A stretch of DNA of 64,000 bases from an uncultured Pseudomonadales bacterium (lineage in GTDB: Bacteria; Patescibacteriota; Microgenomatia; UBA1400; PJMF01), in contig CAZYBC010000005.1 in the NCBI GenBank assembly GCA_964645645.1, positions 702 to 64,701 on the forward strand, given 5' to 3'. Position numbers and translations under genes: made by a program. Below are positions 36,181 to 46,918 of the stretch, one piece after another (within the stretch, counting starts at the first letter, position 1; each line of letters opens with the position of its first letter). Below the pieces are notes generated by a model, which was not told the origin of the DNA, did no database searches, and worked only from the letters and a program-made list of their open reading frames with translations.

Positions 36181-38201
36181 TTTATTTTTAAAATTTTAAC
36201 TTTATCATTTTGATAATAAATTTTAAGGTCAGGAAAAATTTCCTCCAGGGTTTTATAATAAAGTTTTTCATTTTCATCAAAAAAAGGAATTTTCAATTCC
36301 TTTTGAGGATTATTATTATAAATGAAATCAGCTCCACTTTCTTTTAGTTTAGCCTTTAAAGTAATTAAATTATCAAACTTAAAAATTTGATCTCTAAGTT
36401 GGAATCTTGCTTGAACTGGTTGATTATGGCTTTCCAAAATCACTTTGCCACTGGCATAACCGTAGCCATTACTAAAAAAGCTAATATAAGGTGTTTCTTT
36501 ATCCCAATGATCTGTAGAATACACCAAAATGGTACTATTAGGATTGTTTATAGCTAGATAATTTAAAGCTTGATATTCTTCCAAAGTTAAAATAGTAGCA
36601 TCAAAACCTTTAAGATAATTTCGACTTTGATGATAAAAAACAGCCATTGTTCTAGGCAAAATAATCATGATTGATAAAATAATCAATAAGTTTTTTATCA
36701 GTTTATTATTAATTTTATTTAAAAAATAATCTAAATTAATCGCCGCCAAAATTCCAAAAATAATTAAAGAAACTACAAAAAAATTAAAAACATTATGACC
36801 TCCAGATTTTTGTAAAGTATTTGCTCCAATGAATAAAAATAGAAAAGCAGTTATATATAAAGATTTGAATATATTAATGTCAGTTTTTTGGGCAACAGTT
36901 TTGTTAAAGAAAAATCCACAAATTTTAAGCGCATAAACTGAGATTAAAAACATCATTGAAGCTAAAAAATTATAGAAAACAATAAATTTAATATTTTTAT
37001 ATTCTTGATAAACTTGCATTCTTAACCACCAATCATTCCAGTTTAAATTCTCTGCACCAATATAAAGCTTTACCCAATTAAGAGGCGCCCAAAACAGACC
37101 TCCTGCTTCTTTATTAACTGGAAAAAAAATCAAGCTACTAATCAGTGCAAAAATTAAAACATTTAAAATTGTAAGTTTATTTTTGATAAAAGTTTCAATT
37201 AAATTGCGCTTTTTAAGAAAATTCAATAAAACATATAAACAGTAAAATAAGACAGCAAAAATGCCAAAATAAATTTTAAAACCAACTAAAGTAGAGAAAA
37301 TTAAAACGCTAATAAATTCTAATTTTTTGTTTTTTTCTTGGATAGCTTTAATTAATAGAATTAATCCTGAAGCCAATAAAATTTTAGCAAATGTTTGAGG
37401 AGGGTTAAGAAATTGAATAATTCCATTATCAATAGATGCGATTTGCCAATTAAAATTTTGATGCAAAATTAAATTAAAAATATATGAGATATCAGCTCCA
37501 AAATATAAAAGAAAAACCGCCCAAAGCCCAGCGGTTTTAGAATTACTTAATAGTTTGGTAAGTTTATAAAAAACTAACCCCATTAAAAAAGATAAAACTA
37601 AAGGGAAGTATTGGAAAAAAGTATGTGTAATTGGTGTTTGCCAAACTCTAATGAAATCAGCCATAACCATATTTGACCAATAATGATAATTAGTAACGGG
37701 TAAGCCAGCCGCTCCTGGTTGTAAGGGAGGGAAATTCTTAATTAATTCGTTGATTAAGCTAATATGAAAAACACCATCAAAAGCATTTAACCAATAAAAA
37801 ATTATGCCTTTACTAGTCATTAACCCTGAAAAGAAAACAGTTGATAATTCAACCAAAGAACCTAAAATAATTATAAATATTAATAATTTATTCTTTTTAA
37901 GCCCTGCAAAATTTATTTTTAAATTTTTTATTTTAAGTTGTTTAATAAACAAAATTAAAAAAATTAGTAAATATAGGTAAACTAAATTTCTTAACTTTAA
38001 CCAAGCAAATAAATAATTTATTAAACCCCATAGAGCAATCCCTAAGAATGGTGAGGTTAACAATTTGCTTGTTGTATCTTTAAGTTTAATTTTAGATAGA
38101 ACAACAAATCCTGGTATAAAAAAAGTCACTAAAAATCCTAATAAAAAAATTATTAGATTAAAAAAGAACTGATAACTAAAAAGAGGATATATTTCTCTCA
38201 T
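36177..38201 (-). CDS. Large polytopic membrane protein, unclassified (putative glycosyltransferase or polymerase)
   Basis: A 674-aa protein with 15 or more hydrophobic segments and a C-terminal soluble ~150 aa. It is the only minus-strand gene inside the island's plus-strand block. Confidence 0.35.
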   Translation of the reverse strand: MREIYPLFSYQFFFNLIIFLLGFLVTFFIPGFVVLSKIKLKDTTSKLLTSPFLGIALWGLINYLFAWLKLRNLVYLYLLIFLILFIKQLKIKNLKINFAGLKKNKLLIFIIILGSLVELSTVFFSGLMTSKGIIFYWLNAFDGVFHISLINELIKNFPPLQPGAAGLPVTNYHYWSNMVMADFIRVWQTPITHTFFQYFPLVLSFLMGLVFYKLTKLLSNSKTAGLWAVFLLYFGADISYIFNLILHQNFNWQIASIDNGIIQFLNPPQTFAKILLASGLILLIKAIQEKNKKLEFISVLIFSTLVGFKIYFGIFAVLFYCLYVLLNFLKKRNLIETFIKNKLTILNVLIFALISSLIFFPVNKEAGGLFWAPLNWVKLYIGAENLNWNDWWLRMQVYQEYKNIKFIVFYNFLASMMFLISVYALKICGFFFNKTVAQKTDINIFKSLYITAFLFLFIGANTLQKSGGHNVFNFFVVSLIIFGILAAINLDYFLNKINNKLIKNLLIILSIMIILPRTMAVFYHQSRNYLKGFDATILTLEEYQALNYLAINNPNSTILVYSTDHWDKETPYISFFSNGYGYASGKVILESHNQPVQARFQLRDQIFKFDNLITLKAKLKESGADFIYNNNPQKELKIPFFDENEKLYYKTLEEIFPDLKIYYQNDKVKILKIN

Positions 38202-38270
38202 CTTATTTTTCTACTATTTATTGTTTCATAATAATCCTATTATAATCCTATTATAATAACAAAGATATAA

Positions 38271-39830
38271 ATGAAAAAATATAAACACCTTTTACTTTTT
38301 TGGTTAATAATTTTGATTTCTAGAGCAATCTTCGCTTTTTTTTGTAATACTTTCGGTCAAGATGTCGCTAGAGATTTAGTTGTAATTGATCAACATCGTA
38401 AAACAGGACAACATCTTTTTTATTATGGCCCTAAGGCTAGTGTGGCTAATTTTTATTTACCTCCTGCTTATTATCAAGTTCACTATTTATTGTCTTTAGT
38501 TACGAGCAATCATCCTTATACCATGAAGTTTTTTACTATTTTTTTGGAATCTTTGACTCCGATTATTTTATATTTAGTATTAAAAAAAATTGGTTTAAAA
38601 AATTATGCTTTAATTGGTGCCTTTTTATATGCAATTAGTTATTTTCCAGCAAATTTTGGTATTCAAGCATGGAATCCCAATACGATTCCTTTTTTTAGCA
38701 CTTTATTTTTATTGCTGTTACTTATTTATTTAGAAAAAGACAAACCAAAATTTTTATTAGGTGCAATTATCTGTTTAAATTTGGCAGTTCAATTTCATTA
38801 TCAAGGCGTGGTTTTAGGTTTATTTACATCCATAATTGCAATTTATCAATTAAGTAAAAATTTTAAAAAATATTGGGCAAATTGGATACTAGCAAGTTTA
38901 TTAATGATTGGATTGTTTACACCTTATTTTATTGGCGAAATGAAGAATCATTGGCAAAATACTCAAGCAATTATTACTTATTTTACTGGAGAACATAAAA
39001 ATTATTATCAACGAGTGTCTAAACCAGATTATGTCTTAACTTTTATTCCATCTTTTTTTGAAATGGTGATGATTGGTAAACATCAAGCATTTAAATTTTT
39101 AGGGCGTTTAACCTTTTTTATTGGATTTGCTATTTGGTTTAGGACAATTTTTATTAATAGAAAATCTCAACAGCAAACTGCTAAAAATTCACGTTGGGTC
39201 TTTATTTATTTTATCTGTATTTTATTAATGTTTAGAGTTTATAAAGGCGATAAAGTTAGTTATTACATGAGTACTATTTTTATTTTGCCTAGTATCTTAT
39301 GGGGATTTTTGTGGCAATTTAAGAAAAAAATTACTATTATTTTGACTATGTTGATGGTGTTTTTAATTGGTCAACAATTTGCTCAAGTAAATTTTCGTAA
39401 TGATTTGAAACAAATTAAAAATGAGATTAATTTGTTAGAAGCTAATTTGCCTCAAAAAGAAATTGCTCTTTTTTTTCATAATTCAGAACAAATTAATACT
39501 TATGTTTATGCTTTAGATAAATTTTCCAATCTTAAAATTAACCAACAGAGCAAAATTTTAGTAGAAGTTTGCCATAAAACTAATATCTTATGCAATAATG
39601 TTCATCGACAAGTTTGTCAAAATTCTAAAACTCAGGTTTATACTTTGCTTTTAAGAGATCAATTTGCTATGCAAACAATTAAAGTGCTTGAATTTCCTGA
39701 ACAACAAAAATTTTGTATTAATCAATTAACTCAAGATTTACAACCATTACATTATCAATATTATAATTATAATTTTGAATATGGTTCAGATGTTTTAATT
39801 CCTGAAATTGCTAGATATAATCAATATTAA
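38271..39830 (+). CDS. Polytopic membrane protein, 'DQxRD...GPxYYY' family, paralog 2 of 4
   Basis: FGQDVARDLVVIDQHRKTGQHLFYYGPKASVANFYLPPAYYQVHYLL aligns with the DQGKD/GPxxxxxxxxGPAYYY loop of ORFs 21100, 42852 and 45275. Confidence 0.45.
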   Translation: MKKYKHLLLFWLIILISRAIFAFFCNTFGQDVARDLVVIDQHRKTGQHLFYYGPKASVANFYLPPAYYQVHYLLSLVTSNHPYTMKFFTIFLESLTPIILYLVLKKIGLKNYALIGAFLYAISYFPANFGIQAWNPNTIPFFSTLFLLLLLIYLEKDKPKFLLGAIICLNLAVQFHYQGVVLGLFTSIIAIYQLSKNFKKYWANWILASLLMIGLFTPYFIGEMKNHWQNTQAIITYFTGEHKNYYQRVSKPDYVLTFIPSFFEMVMIGKHQAFKFLGRLTFFIGFAIWFRTIFINRKSQQQTAKNSRWVFIYFICILLMFRVYKGDKVSYYMSTIFILPSILWGFLWQFKKKITIILTMLMVFLIGQQFAQVNFRNDLKQIKNEINLLEANLPQKEIALFFHNSEQINTYVYALDKFSNLKINQQSKILVEVCHKTNILCNNVHRQVCQNSKTQVYTLLLRDQFAMQTIKVLEFPEQQKFCINQLTQDLQPLHYQYYNYNFEYGSDVLIPEIARYNQY

Positions 39831-41164
39831 TGAAAAAGATTTTTCGCTATTGGCAAATTTTAGTGATTTTAATTTTAGCTTTTGTGTTACGTTTTTATCA
39901 TTATGCTCAATTTCCGATTGCTGGTGAAACCGCTGACGAGCGCGCTTGGACAATGATCGGGGCTAGTTTAATTCAGACTGGTAAACCAGCATCATGGTCA
40001 TATTTTGGTGCTTATGAAAAATTTAATGCAGTTCTTAAAAATACAAGCGAACCAATTGTTTCTCCTGCTTTAGATCACCCACCACTTTTTGCTTTAATTC
40101 CTGGTTTAGCACAAACTTTAAAGGCTAGCTGGGATCAACTGCCTTCTATTAAGGTAATTCGTTTTCCTTTGCTTTTATTAGGAACACTTAATGTTTATTT
40201 ACTTTATTTAGTAGCTGAAAAATTATTTAATCAAGAAAAACTGGCATTAGTAGCTAGCCTTATTTATGCCACTGCTCCAGTTTTTGTTTTTGCCAGCCGT
40301 TTAGTGATGGCAGAAAATTTATTAATTACTTGGATTTTGTTAAGTATTTATCTTTGTTTAACTAATTATAAAAGAAAATATTTTTTCTTAACCATCATTG
40401 CTGTTTTAGCAGTTTTAAGCAAATTTTCTGGAATAATTTTACCCACTTCGGTATTCTTGTATGCTCTGGTAATTAAAGATAAAAAATTAATCATTGCCTC
40501 TTTACTAGGTTTAGTGTTAGGTATTTTAGCCTTTTTTATCTATGGGGCTATTTATAATTGGCAATTATTTTTAGCGATTTTCTTTTCTCAATCAAATCGA
40601 GCAATTGGCTTTTTTACTTTTTATAATCGATTCTTTCTTCATCCTGGAGTAGTAGACAAATTATTTACTGATGGTTGGTTGATGTTGGGCTTTTTAGCAA
40701 GTTTTTTCTTAATTGCTTTTGAAAAAGACAAAAAATATTTGTTTATAAAAATTTTATTTATAATTAATTTATTATTTATTTTTGCTTCAGTAGGACAACA
40801 AACTTTTCATGCTTGGTATGATTACGTTTGGTATCCATTATTTGTTTTAGCAATTACATATTTGTTTAACTTTATTTATCAAACTAAAAATGATTGGTTA
40901 TTTGCCTTAAGTTATTTAACTTTACTACCTTTATTTCAGATTTTTTTCTTAGAGCTTAAATTTAATCCATCAAGCTTAATTACCAGATTAATTTTAGCTT
41001 TTAGTCTTAGTCCATTTTTAATTAAAATCTTTTTTAAAGATAAATGGGGAAGTAAAATAATGAAATTTAGTTTATTAATTTTATTAATCATTAATCTGAT
41101 TGTTATTGTGCGTTTTTCTCAAATACAATACTGGGAGACAGATAGTTTCTTATATTATCGTTAA
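39830..41164 (+). CDS. GT-C glycosyltransferase, ArnT/PMT-like ('DE' family, divergent member)
   Basis: FPIAGETADERAWTMIGASLIQTGKPASW resembles the ArnT DETRYAEISREMLASGDW motif. About 12 TM segments. Confidence 0.5.
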   Translation: MKKIFRYWQILVILILAFVLRFYHYAQFPIAGETADERAWTMIGASLIQTGKPASWSYFGAYEKFNAVLKNTSEPIVSPALDHPPLFALIPGLAQTLKASWDQLPSIKVIRFPLLLLGTLNVYLLYLVAEKLFNQEKLALVASLIYATAPVFVFASRLVMAENLLITWILLSIYLCLTNYKRKYFFLTIIAVLAVLSKFSGIILPTSVFLYALVIKDKKLIIASLLGLVLGILAFFIYGAIYNWQLFLAIFFSQSNRAIGFFTFYNRFFLHPGVVDKLFTDGWLMLGFLASFFLIAFEKDKKYLFIKILFIINLLFIFASVGQQTFHAWYDYVWYPLFVLAITYLFNFIYQTKNDWLFALSYLTLLPLFQIFFLELKFNPSSLITRLILAFSLSPFLIKIFFKDKWGSKIMKFSLLILLIINLIVIVRFSQIQYWETDSFLYYR

Positions 41165-41167
41165 CCT

Positions 41168-42862
41168 ATGAAAAAATCTTTAGCTTTAACAAAAAAAGAA
41201 TGTTTAATTTTTACTTTAATTCTTTTAATTGCCTTTCTAGTTCGGTTTATTAAAATTACCACCATCCCGATCGCTTTTAATCGTGATGAGCTGGCTTTGG
41301 CTTATAATGCTTTTAGTATTGCGCAAACAGCAAGAGATGAACGGGGTAATTTTTTACCCCTTAATTTTGAATCTTTTGGCGATTGGAAACTTCCTGGTTA
41401 TATTTATAGTCTTGTGCCTTTAATCAAGATTTTTGGGTTGAATGATTTGATAGTTAAATTACCTTCATTCTTAGCTGGCTTAGGAATTATTGTCATTAGT
41501 TTTTTTCTCATGCGTTTATGGCTGGATAAAAAAGACTCAAAATTAGCTTTTATGCTAATGTTTTTTTTAAGCATTTTGCCCTGGGCGGTTCATACTTCTA
41601 GAATTGCTTATGAGGCTAATTTAGCTTTATTTTTATTTAGTTTAGGAATATTAAGTTTTGAATTATTTAAAGAATCTTATTTGAAAGCTAAACAAATTAA
41701 ACTTTATTTAATCTGCTTAGCTGGTTTAAGCTTTTTTCTAACTTTACTGACTTATCATGGTTTTCAAATAGTTACTCCTTTATTTTTACTAGCTTTATTA
41801 ATAATTGAAAAAGAATTTTTATTAAAATTATTTAAACAAAATAAAAATGTTTTATTAATTCCAACAATTCTATTTTTATTATTAACAACACTATTTTTTC
41901 TAGCTGGCACTAAAAAAGCTAATACTGTTAAGGGCAGTGGCTTGTTAATTCTTAATCAAAGTTATCAAAACGAAATTTATGAAAAAAGAAATTTTCTTAA
42001 AAATAAACCGTTAATAGCAAAAATTTACGTTAATAGTTTATCTCTTAAATTAGCTAGTTTAAGAGATAATTTTTTTCAGACTTTTTCTTGGGATTTTTTA
42101 GTAACCAGTGGTGGTAAAAATGGCGCTCACAATATTAGTTTAATTGGTAATTTATACCCTTATGAAATAATTTTTATTTTTATAGCTTTATTTTATTTTT
42201 TTACTGAAAAAAAATTGTGGCAAAAAAAAGTTTTACTTTGGCTTATTACTGCCTCAGTTGCACCCATTTTAACCACTGCCCCAAATCACACAATCAGATT
42301 TATCGCGGGGATGATTCCTTTAGAAATTTTATCAGTCTATGGCTGTTATAAAGTTTATTTAAAATTTAAACATAAAAAATTTATAATTTTTATGTTACTT
42401 ATTACTTTAATTTACAACTGGTTTTATTATTTTGTCTCTTACTTTTTAGTTGCTCCATTAAAAGATGTTAATAGACATAACTGGGCTTTAAAAGAAATCA
42501 GTCAAGAAATTCAACAAAAAAAAGACCATTATGACTTAGTAATGATTGATGAATCTGGAACTTCTCTTTATATTTATTTGCTTTATTATTGGCAATATGA
42601 CCCTAAAAAACTTAGTAGCAATTTAGTTTATTATCCTCATGATGATGAAGGTTTCTCTCATGCTCAAGCTTTAGAAAATGTTGTTTTTGCCTTACCTAAT
42701 TTTATCGAAAATGAGAATAAAGATTATCAAAAAATTTTATATGTTTTAAAAAAATCACAAGTTCCAGAATTTATCTGGATCCAAGGTCATTATAAATATC
42801 TTAAGGAATTTAAAAATGACTATGCTAAAGAGACTTATGTCATGTTTGAATATGAAAAATAA
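41168..42862 (+). CDS. GT-C glycosyltransferase, PMT/ArnT-like ('DE' family core paralog)
   Basis: IAFNRDELALAYNAFSIAQTARDERGNFLPLNFESFGDWKLPGYIYSLVPL, and the C-terminal motif TAPNHTIRFI. Aligns with ORFs 49776 (C-terminal domain), 52174, 53871 and 55579. Confidence 0.6.
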   Translation: MKKSLALTKKECLIFTLILLIAFLVRFIKITTIPIAFNRDELALAYNAFSIAQTARDERGNFLPLNFESFGDWKLPGYIYSLVPLIKIFGLNDLIVKLPSFLAGLGIIVISFFLMRLWLDKKDSKLAFMLMFFLSILPWAVHTSRIAYEANLALFLFSLGILSFELFKESYLKAKQIKLYLICLAGLSFFLTLLTYHGFQIVTPLFLLALLIIEKEFLLKLFKQNKNVLLIPTILFLLLTTLFFLAGTKKANTVKGSGLLILNQSYQNEIYEKRNFLKNKPLIAKIYVNSLSLKLASLRDNFFQTFSWDFLVTSGGKNGAHNISLIGNLYPYEIIFIFIALFYFFTEKKLWQKKVLLWLITASVAPILTTAPNHTIRFIAGMIPLEILSVYGCYKVYLKFKHKKFIIFMLLITLIYNWFYYFVSYFLVAPLKDVNRHNWALKEISQEIQQKKDHYDLVMIDESGTSLYIYLLYYWQYDPKKLSSNLVYYPHDDEGFSHAQALENVVFALPNFIENENKDYQKILYVLKKSQVPEFIWIQGHYKYLKEFKNDYAKETYVMFEYEK

Positions 42863-44348
42863 ATTGTTATTTTTTCTTTTATTTTTAATTATTATTACGA
42901 GAATATTTTTTCTATTAGATCAAAACGTTAATTTTGTTTTTGATCAAGGAAAAGATTCTTTAGCAATTTTAAATATTTGGTTAAATAAAAAACCTACTTT
43001 AATAGGTCCTTGGACAAGTATCCCAGGACTTTTTTTTGGGCCAGCTTATTATTACTTATTATTACCGTTTTATATGTTGGCTAATGGCAATCCTGTTTTT
43101 GCTACAATCCCGATGATTCTTTTATTGTGTATTGCTGTAATTATCTTTTATTATAAATTTAATAAAACAGCAGCTTTAATTTTAGCCACTTCTACTATTG
43201 CCTGGACTATTACAACTAGTGCTTGGAATCCATTCCCAATGGTTTTAATTAGTACTTTAATTTTATATTTTTTAGAAAAAATAAAGGGTAAAAATTTAAA
43301 AAAGGATTATTTTTTTATTGGCTTAACAGCTTCTTTAGGATTTCATTTTTCAACAGCTTTTGCTATTTTTTATCCAATTATTATTGCTTTAGTTTTATTA
43401 CTCAATAAAATTAAAATAAATTTTAAAAAGATTTTCTTATTAATGATGGGATTTTTTCTTCCATTTATACCTCAATTAATTTTTGAAATTAGACATAATT
43501 TCATCCAAACAAAAGCAATCTTAGAATATTTAAAAAATGGAGAAAGTCAAAATTTGGGTTTAAGTAAATTATTATTAGTACTCAAAGACTCATTATCTGA
43601 ATTTAAAGTTTACAGTTTACCTAAATTTAATTTTTTCAATATTAAAATAAGCGATATTTTACTATTAATTTTATCTATTTATAGTCTTTATTATTTATTA
43701 AAATTTAAGAATAAATTGAACAAAAAAAAGATTATAGAAACCTTAATCTGGCTTTTTATTCCTTTTGCTTCTTACTATTTTTTACATTTCAATTTTTGGT
43801 ATTTGTTAGGCTTAGCTCCCATTGTGATTTTAACAGTTAGTAAAATTATTAATAAATTACCTATAAGTTTAAAAAATATAATTTTATTTTTATTTATTCT
43901 GAATCCATTATTTCAATTAAATAATTATTATCAAAATAAAAATTTCATTAATAATACTGGTGATTTTTTAAAAAACAAAACAGAAGTTATTAGTTACATT
44001 TATCAGCAAGCTAATAGTCAGTCTTTTGCTTCTTATCAATATGAACCTGCCATTTATGACTACAGCTATCAATATTTATTCTTCCAAAAAGCTCTAACTG
44101 GTGAAAAATTACCTTTTGAATTTTCTTATAAACCAGGAGAAATTAGCTATATTAAAGAGAAACCAGAATTATTACAATATTTTGCTAATAAAATATATCA
44201 AGAGCCTCCTCAAAAAATATTTTTTATCGTTGAAAAAGCAGAAAATGAGGCTTATTTAAAATCATGGTGGAATCAACAACATTATTCTAAAATTATTTCT
44301 GAAAGAAATTTTGGATCTAGTATAAAAGTATATGAAGCCTTACCATAA
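42852..44348 (+). CDS. Polytopic membrane protein, 'DQxRD...GPxYYY' family, paralog 3 of 4
   Basis: FVFDQGKDSLAILNIWLNKKPTLIGPWTSIPGLFFGPAYYYLLLPFYML. The ORF-track start at 42816 overlaps the upstream gene by 47 bp, so the internal MKNKLLFF start was chosen. Uncertain. Confidence 0.45.
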   Translation: MKNKLLFFLLFLIIITRIFFLLDQNVNFVFDQGKDSLAILNIWLNKKPTLIGPWTSIPGLFFGPAYYYLLLPFYMLANGNPVFATIPMILLLCIAVIIFYYKFNKTAALILATSTIAWTITTSAWNPFPMVLISTLILYFLEKIKGKNLKKDYFFIGLTASLGFHFSTAFAIFYPIIIALVLLLNKIKINFKKIFLLMMGFFLPFIPQLIFEIRHNFIQTKAILEYLKNGESQNLGLSKLLLVLKDSLSEFKVYSLPKFNFFNIKISDILLLILSIYSLYYLLKFKNKLNKKKIIETLIWLFIPFASYYFLHFNFWYLLGLAPIVILTVSKIINKLPISLKNIILFLFILNPLFQLNNYYQNKNFINNTGDFLKNKTEVISYIYQQANSQSFASYQYEPAIYDYSYQYLFFQKALTGEKLPFEFSYKPGEISYIKEKPELLQYFANKIYQEPPQKIFFIVEKAENEAYLKSWWNQQHYSKIISERNFGSSIKVYEALP

Positions 44349-44354
44349 ATTTAT

Positions 44355-45245
44355 ATGACTCTTTCTGTTGTTATTAATACTAAAAATGCAGAAGCTACTT
44401 TAAAAAAGTGTTTGGATTCAGTGAAGTTTGCTGATGAAATTATTATTGTTGATATGCATAGTCAAGATAAAACTCTTGAAATTGCTCAAAAATATACCAA
44501 TAAAATTTTTACTTATAAAGATGTCGGGTTTGCTGATCCAGCCAGAAACTTTGCTTTGTCTAAAGCTACTCAAAATTGGATTTTAATTGTTGATGCTGAT
44601 GAAGAAGTGCCTATTAGTTTAAAAAATAAAATTTTGGCTTTAATTGCTGAATCCAATAATACGCCAGCCTACTTTATTGCTCGTAAAAATATTATTTGGG
44701 ATAAATGGATTGAACATACTGGCTGGTGGCCAGATTACCAATTAAGATTTTTTAAACGAGGTGCTATTGATTATCCAGCTAAGATTCACACTAAGCCTCA
44801 AGCGCCTCAAAACAGTCAGTTTTTACCAGCCCAAGAGGATTTAGCCTTAATTCATTATAATTATCCAACTATTAGTAGCTTTTTAGAAAAAATGAATCGC
44901 TATACGGACTTAACTGACATTGCAGTTAATAAATTTGACGCTCAAGCTGTTTTAGATAAATTTTTTGCTGAATTTTTGGCTAGATATTTTGTTCATCAAG
45001 CTTATTTAGATGATTTAAATGGAACCGCCTTAGCTTTAGCTCAAAGTAGTTATGAATTATTTACCTATCTAAAAGCTTGGGAAAAACAAGGTTATAAATT
45101 TAATAAAAATAATCAACAAACTACTTTTGCCTTTTGGCGTAAGTTAAATAAAGATCTTAACTATTATTTAGCTGATTTCCAGGTTAAAAACACCACGGGC
45201 TTTAGTAAATTTTATTGGCAAATTAGACGTAAATTTAAGATTTAA
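44355..45245 (+). CDS. GT2 glycosyltransferase, WaaE/KdtX-like (paralog 1 of 3)
   Basis: LSVVINTKNAEATLKKCLDSVKFADEIIIVDMHSQDKT...ILIVDADEEVP follows the LSVVIxTKNEExxIxxCLxSVxWADEIIVVDSGSTDxT pattern of this GT2 subfamily. Confidence 0.7.
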   Translation: MTLSVVINTKNAEATLKKCLDSVKFADEIIIVDMHSQDKTLEIAQKYTNKIFTYKDVGFADPARNFALSKATQNWILIVDADEEVPISLKNKILALIAESNNTPAYFIARKNIIWDKWIEHTGWWPDYQLRFFKRGAIDYPAKIHTKPQAPQNSQFLPAQEDLALIHYNYPTISSFLEKMNRYTDLTDIAVNKFDAQAVLDKFFAEFLARYFVHQAYLDDLNGTALALAQSSYELFTYLKAWEKQGYKFNKNNQQTTFAFWRKLNKDLNYYLADFQVKNTTGFSKFYWQIRRKFKI

Positions 45246-45274
45246 AATTATTTTAGAATTACTATAATATAATA

Positions 45275-46840
45275 ATGACAATCTCAAACAATAATACTTC
45301 AAAAAAAACTTGGCTTTTACTTTTTATCATTTTTTTATTATCAATTTGTTTACGTTATTTAGCTTTACTTGATTATAAAATTGTTTTTTGGTTTGATCAA
45401 AGTCGTGATGCATATATTTCTCAACAAATTATTAATAATCATGATCTAAAAATATTAGGTCCTTCGGCAAGTGGTACCAATGATACTATTTATCATGGTG
45501 TATTGTATTATTATTTTATTGCTCCATTTTATATTTTAAGTAAAGGTAATCCCTTATTACCAGCTTTAGCTTTATCTATTTTAGGAGCAACCGGAATTTT
45601 TCCATTATTTTTCTTTACAAAAAGTATTTTTAAATCTGCTAAAGTGTCTTGGCTATCTGTAATATTTTTTTCTTTTTCAGTAGAAATTGTTCAACTTTCG
45701 CATTGGCTATCTAACCCTTCTCTAGCTGTTATGCCATTAATTATTTTTTATTGGTCACTTTGGGAAAGTGCTTATCAAAATAAAAATAAATTTTTAATTC
45801 CTTTAGCACTTTCTTTAGGTGTTTGTTTACAAAGTGCTATTTGGCTTATATATCTTATGGGTTCATTATTAATTGCTATTATCTATAATTATGATCATTT
45901 TGGTAAAAAATCTCTTTTCATCAAATGGAAAAAATTATTATTGCCTTCTTTTTTAGTTATATTATTGATTTCAACTATTATATTAGGCCAAATTATGCTT
46001 TGGAAAAACCATGTTTTTAGTTTAAAAAATTTGCATGGTAATAATAGTCAAATCAGTATTGCTAATCAGATTGTTGGTTTATCCAATATGTATATAACTA
46101 AAGTATTACAGAGCATAACACCGTCTTCTCCGATTATTTCTTTAGTTTTATTTATTGTAATTTTATTGCAACTTACTAAGTTGAATCATCCTCAAAAACT
46201 TTTTTTCTTGTCTTGGATTTTGGCTCCTTTTTGGCTTTATATTATTGAATGGCGTAATAGTTTACATATGTTAATTTCTTTAGAAACAGTTTTATTTATT
46301 TTATTATCGGTTGCTTTAAACCAATTATGGAAAGACAAAAGACCTGTCCTAAAATGTTTAATGTTAATACTAGTAATAATTTTTATAATAACTAATTTAG
46401 TTCAATTACAAAAATATCGTAATAATGCTAGTAGCATTTTTTCTCCACAGCAAGGAACTGATTTATCAATGCAAAGAGAATTAATTGAATATACTTATAA
46501 AAAAGCCAATGGTCAAAATTTTTCTTTTTCAGTTTTTAGTAATCCATATGGATATTTTATTACTTGGGCTTATTTATATAATTGGTACAATATAGAACAG
46601 AATAAAAATTATTTACCCACTTATATAGGCCCAGATCAAAATGGATTATTTGGAAAAGAATTATTACCACGTAGTGATGTGCCAAAAAATAATTTACATT
46701 TTACTATCATAGAGCCTAATTTAGGCAGTGTTCCTGAAATTATTTTTCAAAAATTTATGCAAGAACAGGATTCTTTTGGAGAAGTAATTGAAAAACAACA
46801 ATTTGGTAGTACGCTCATTTATATGAGGCATGTTAATTAA
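45275..46840 (+). CDS. Polytopic membrane protein, 'DQxRD...GPxYYY' family, paralog 4 of 4
   Basis: VFWFDQSRDAYISQQIINNHDLKILGPSASGTNDTIYHGVLYYYFIAPFYIL. Confidence 0.45.
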   Translation: MTISNNNTSKKTWLLLFIIFLLSICLRYLALLDYKIVFWFDQSRDAYISQQIINNHDLKILGPSASGTNDTIYHGVLYYYFIAPFYILSKGNPLLPALALSILGATGIFPLFFFTKSIFKSAKVSWLSVIFFSFSVEIVQLSHWLSNPSLAVMPLIIFYWSLWESAYQNKNKFLIPLALSLGVCLQSAIWLIYLMGSLLIAIIYNYDHFGKKSLFIKWKKLLLPSFLVILLISTIILGQIMLWKNHVFSLKNLHGNNSQISIANQIVGLSNMYITKVLQSITPSSPIISLVLFIVILLQLTKLNHPQKLFFLSWILAPFWLYIIEWRNSLHMLISLETVLFILLSVALNQLWKDKRPVLKCLMLILVIIFIITNLVQLQKYRNNASSIFSPQQGTDLSMQRELIEYTYKKANGQNFSFSVFSNPYGYFITWAYLYNWYNIEQNKNYLPTYIGPDQNGLFGKELLPRSDVPKNNLHFTIIEPNLGSVPEIIFQKFMQEQDSFGEVIEKQQFGSTLIYMRHVN

Positions 46841-46918
46841 TTCAAAATAAATTCTTGGTGCTTATTATTAGTATTTTTACCCCAAAAATCACTATTTAAG
46901 GTATAATGAAATAAGATT

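Noticed and set aside
46876-46907. Sigma70-like promoter upstream of the GT2 gene at 46919 (TATAAT at 46902-46907)
   Set aside because: The -10 hexamer is perfect, but the best -35 candidate (TTTACC at 46876-46881) is 20 bp away. TATAAT-like strings are frequent in this AT-rich DNA, so it is not reported as a feature.
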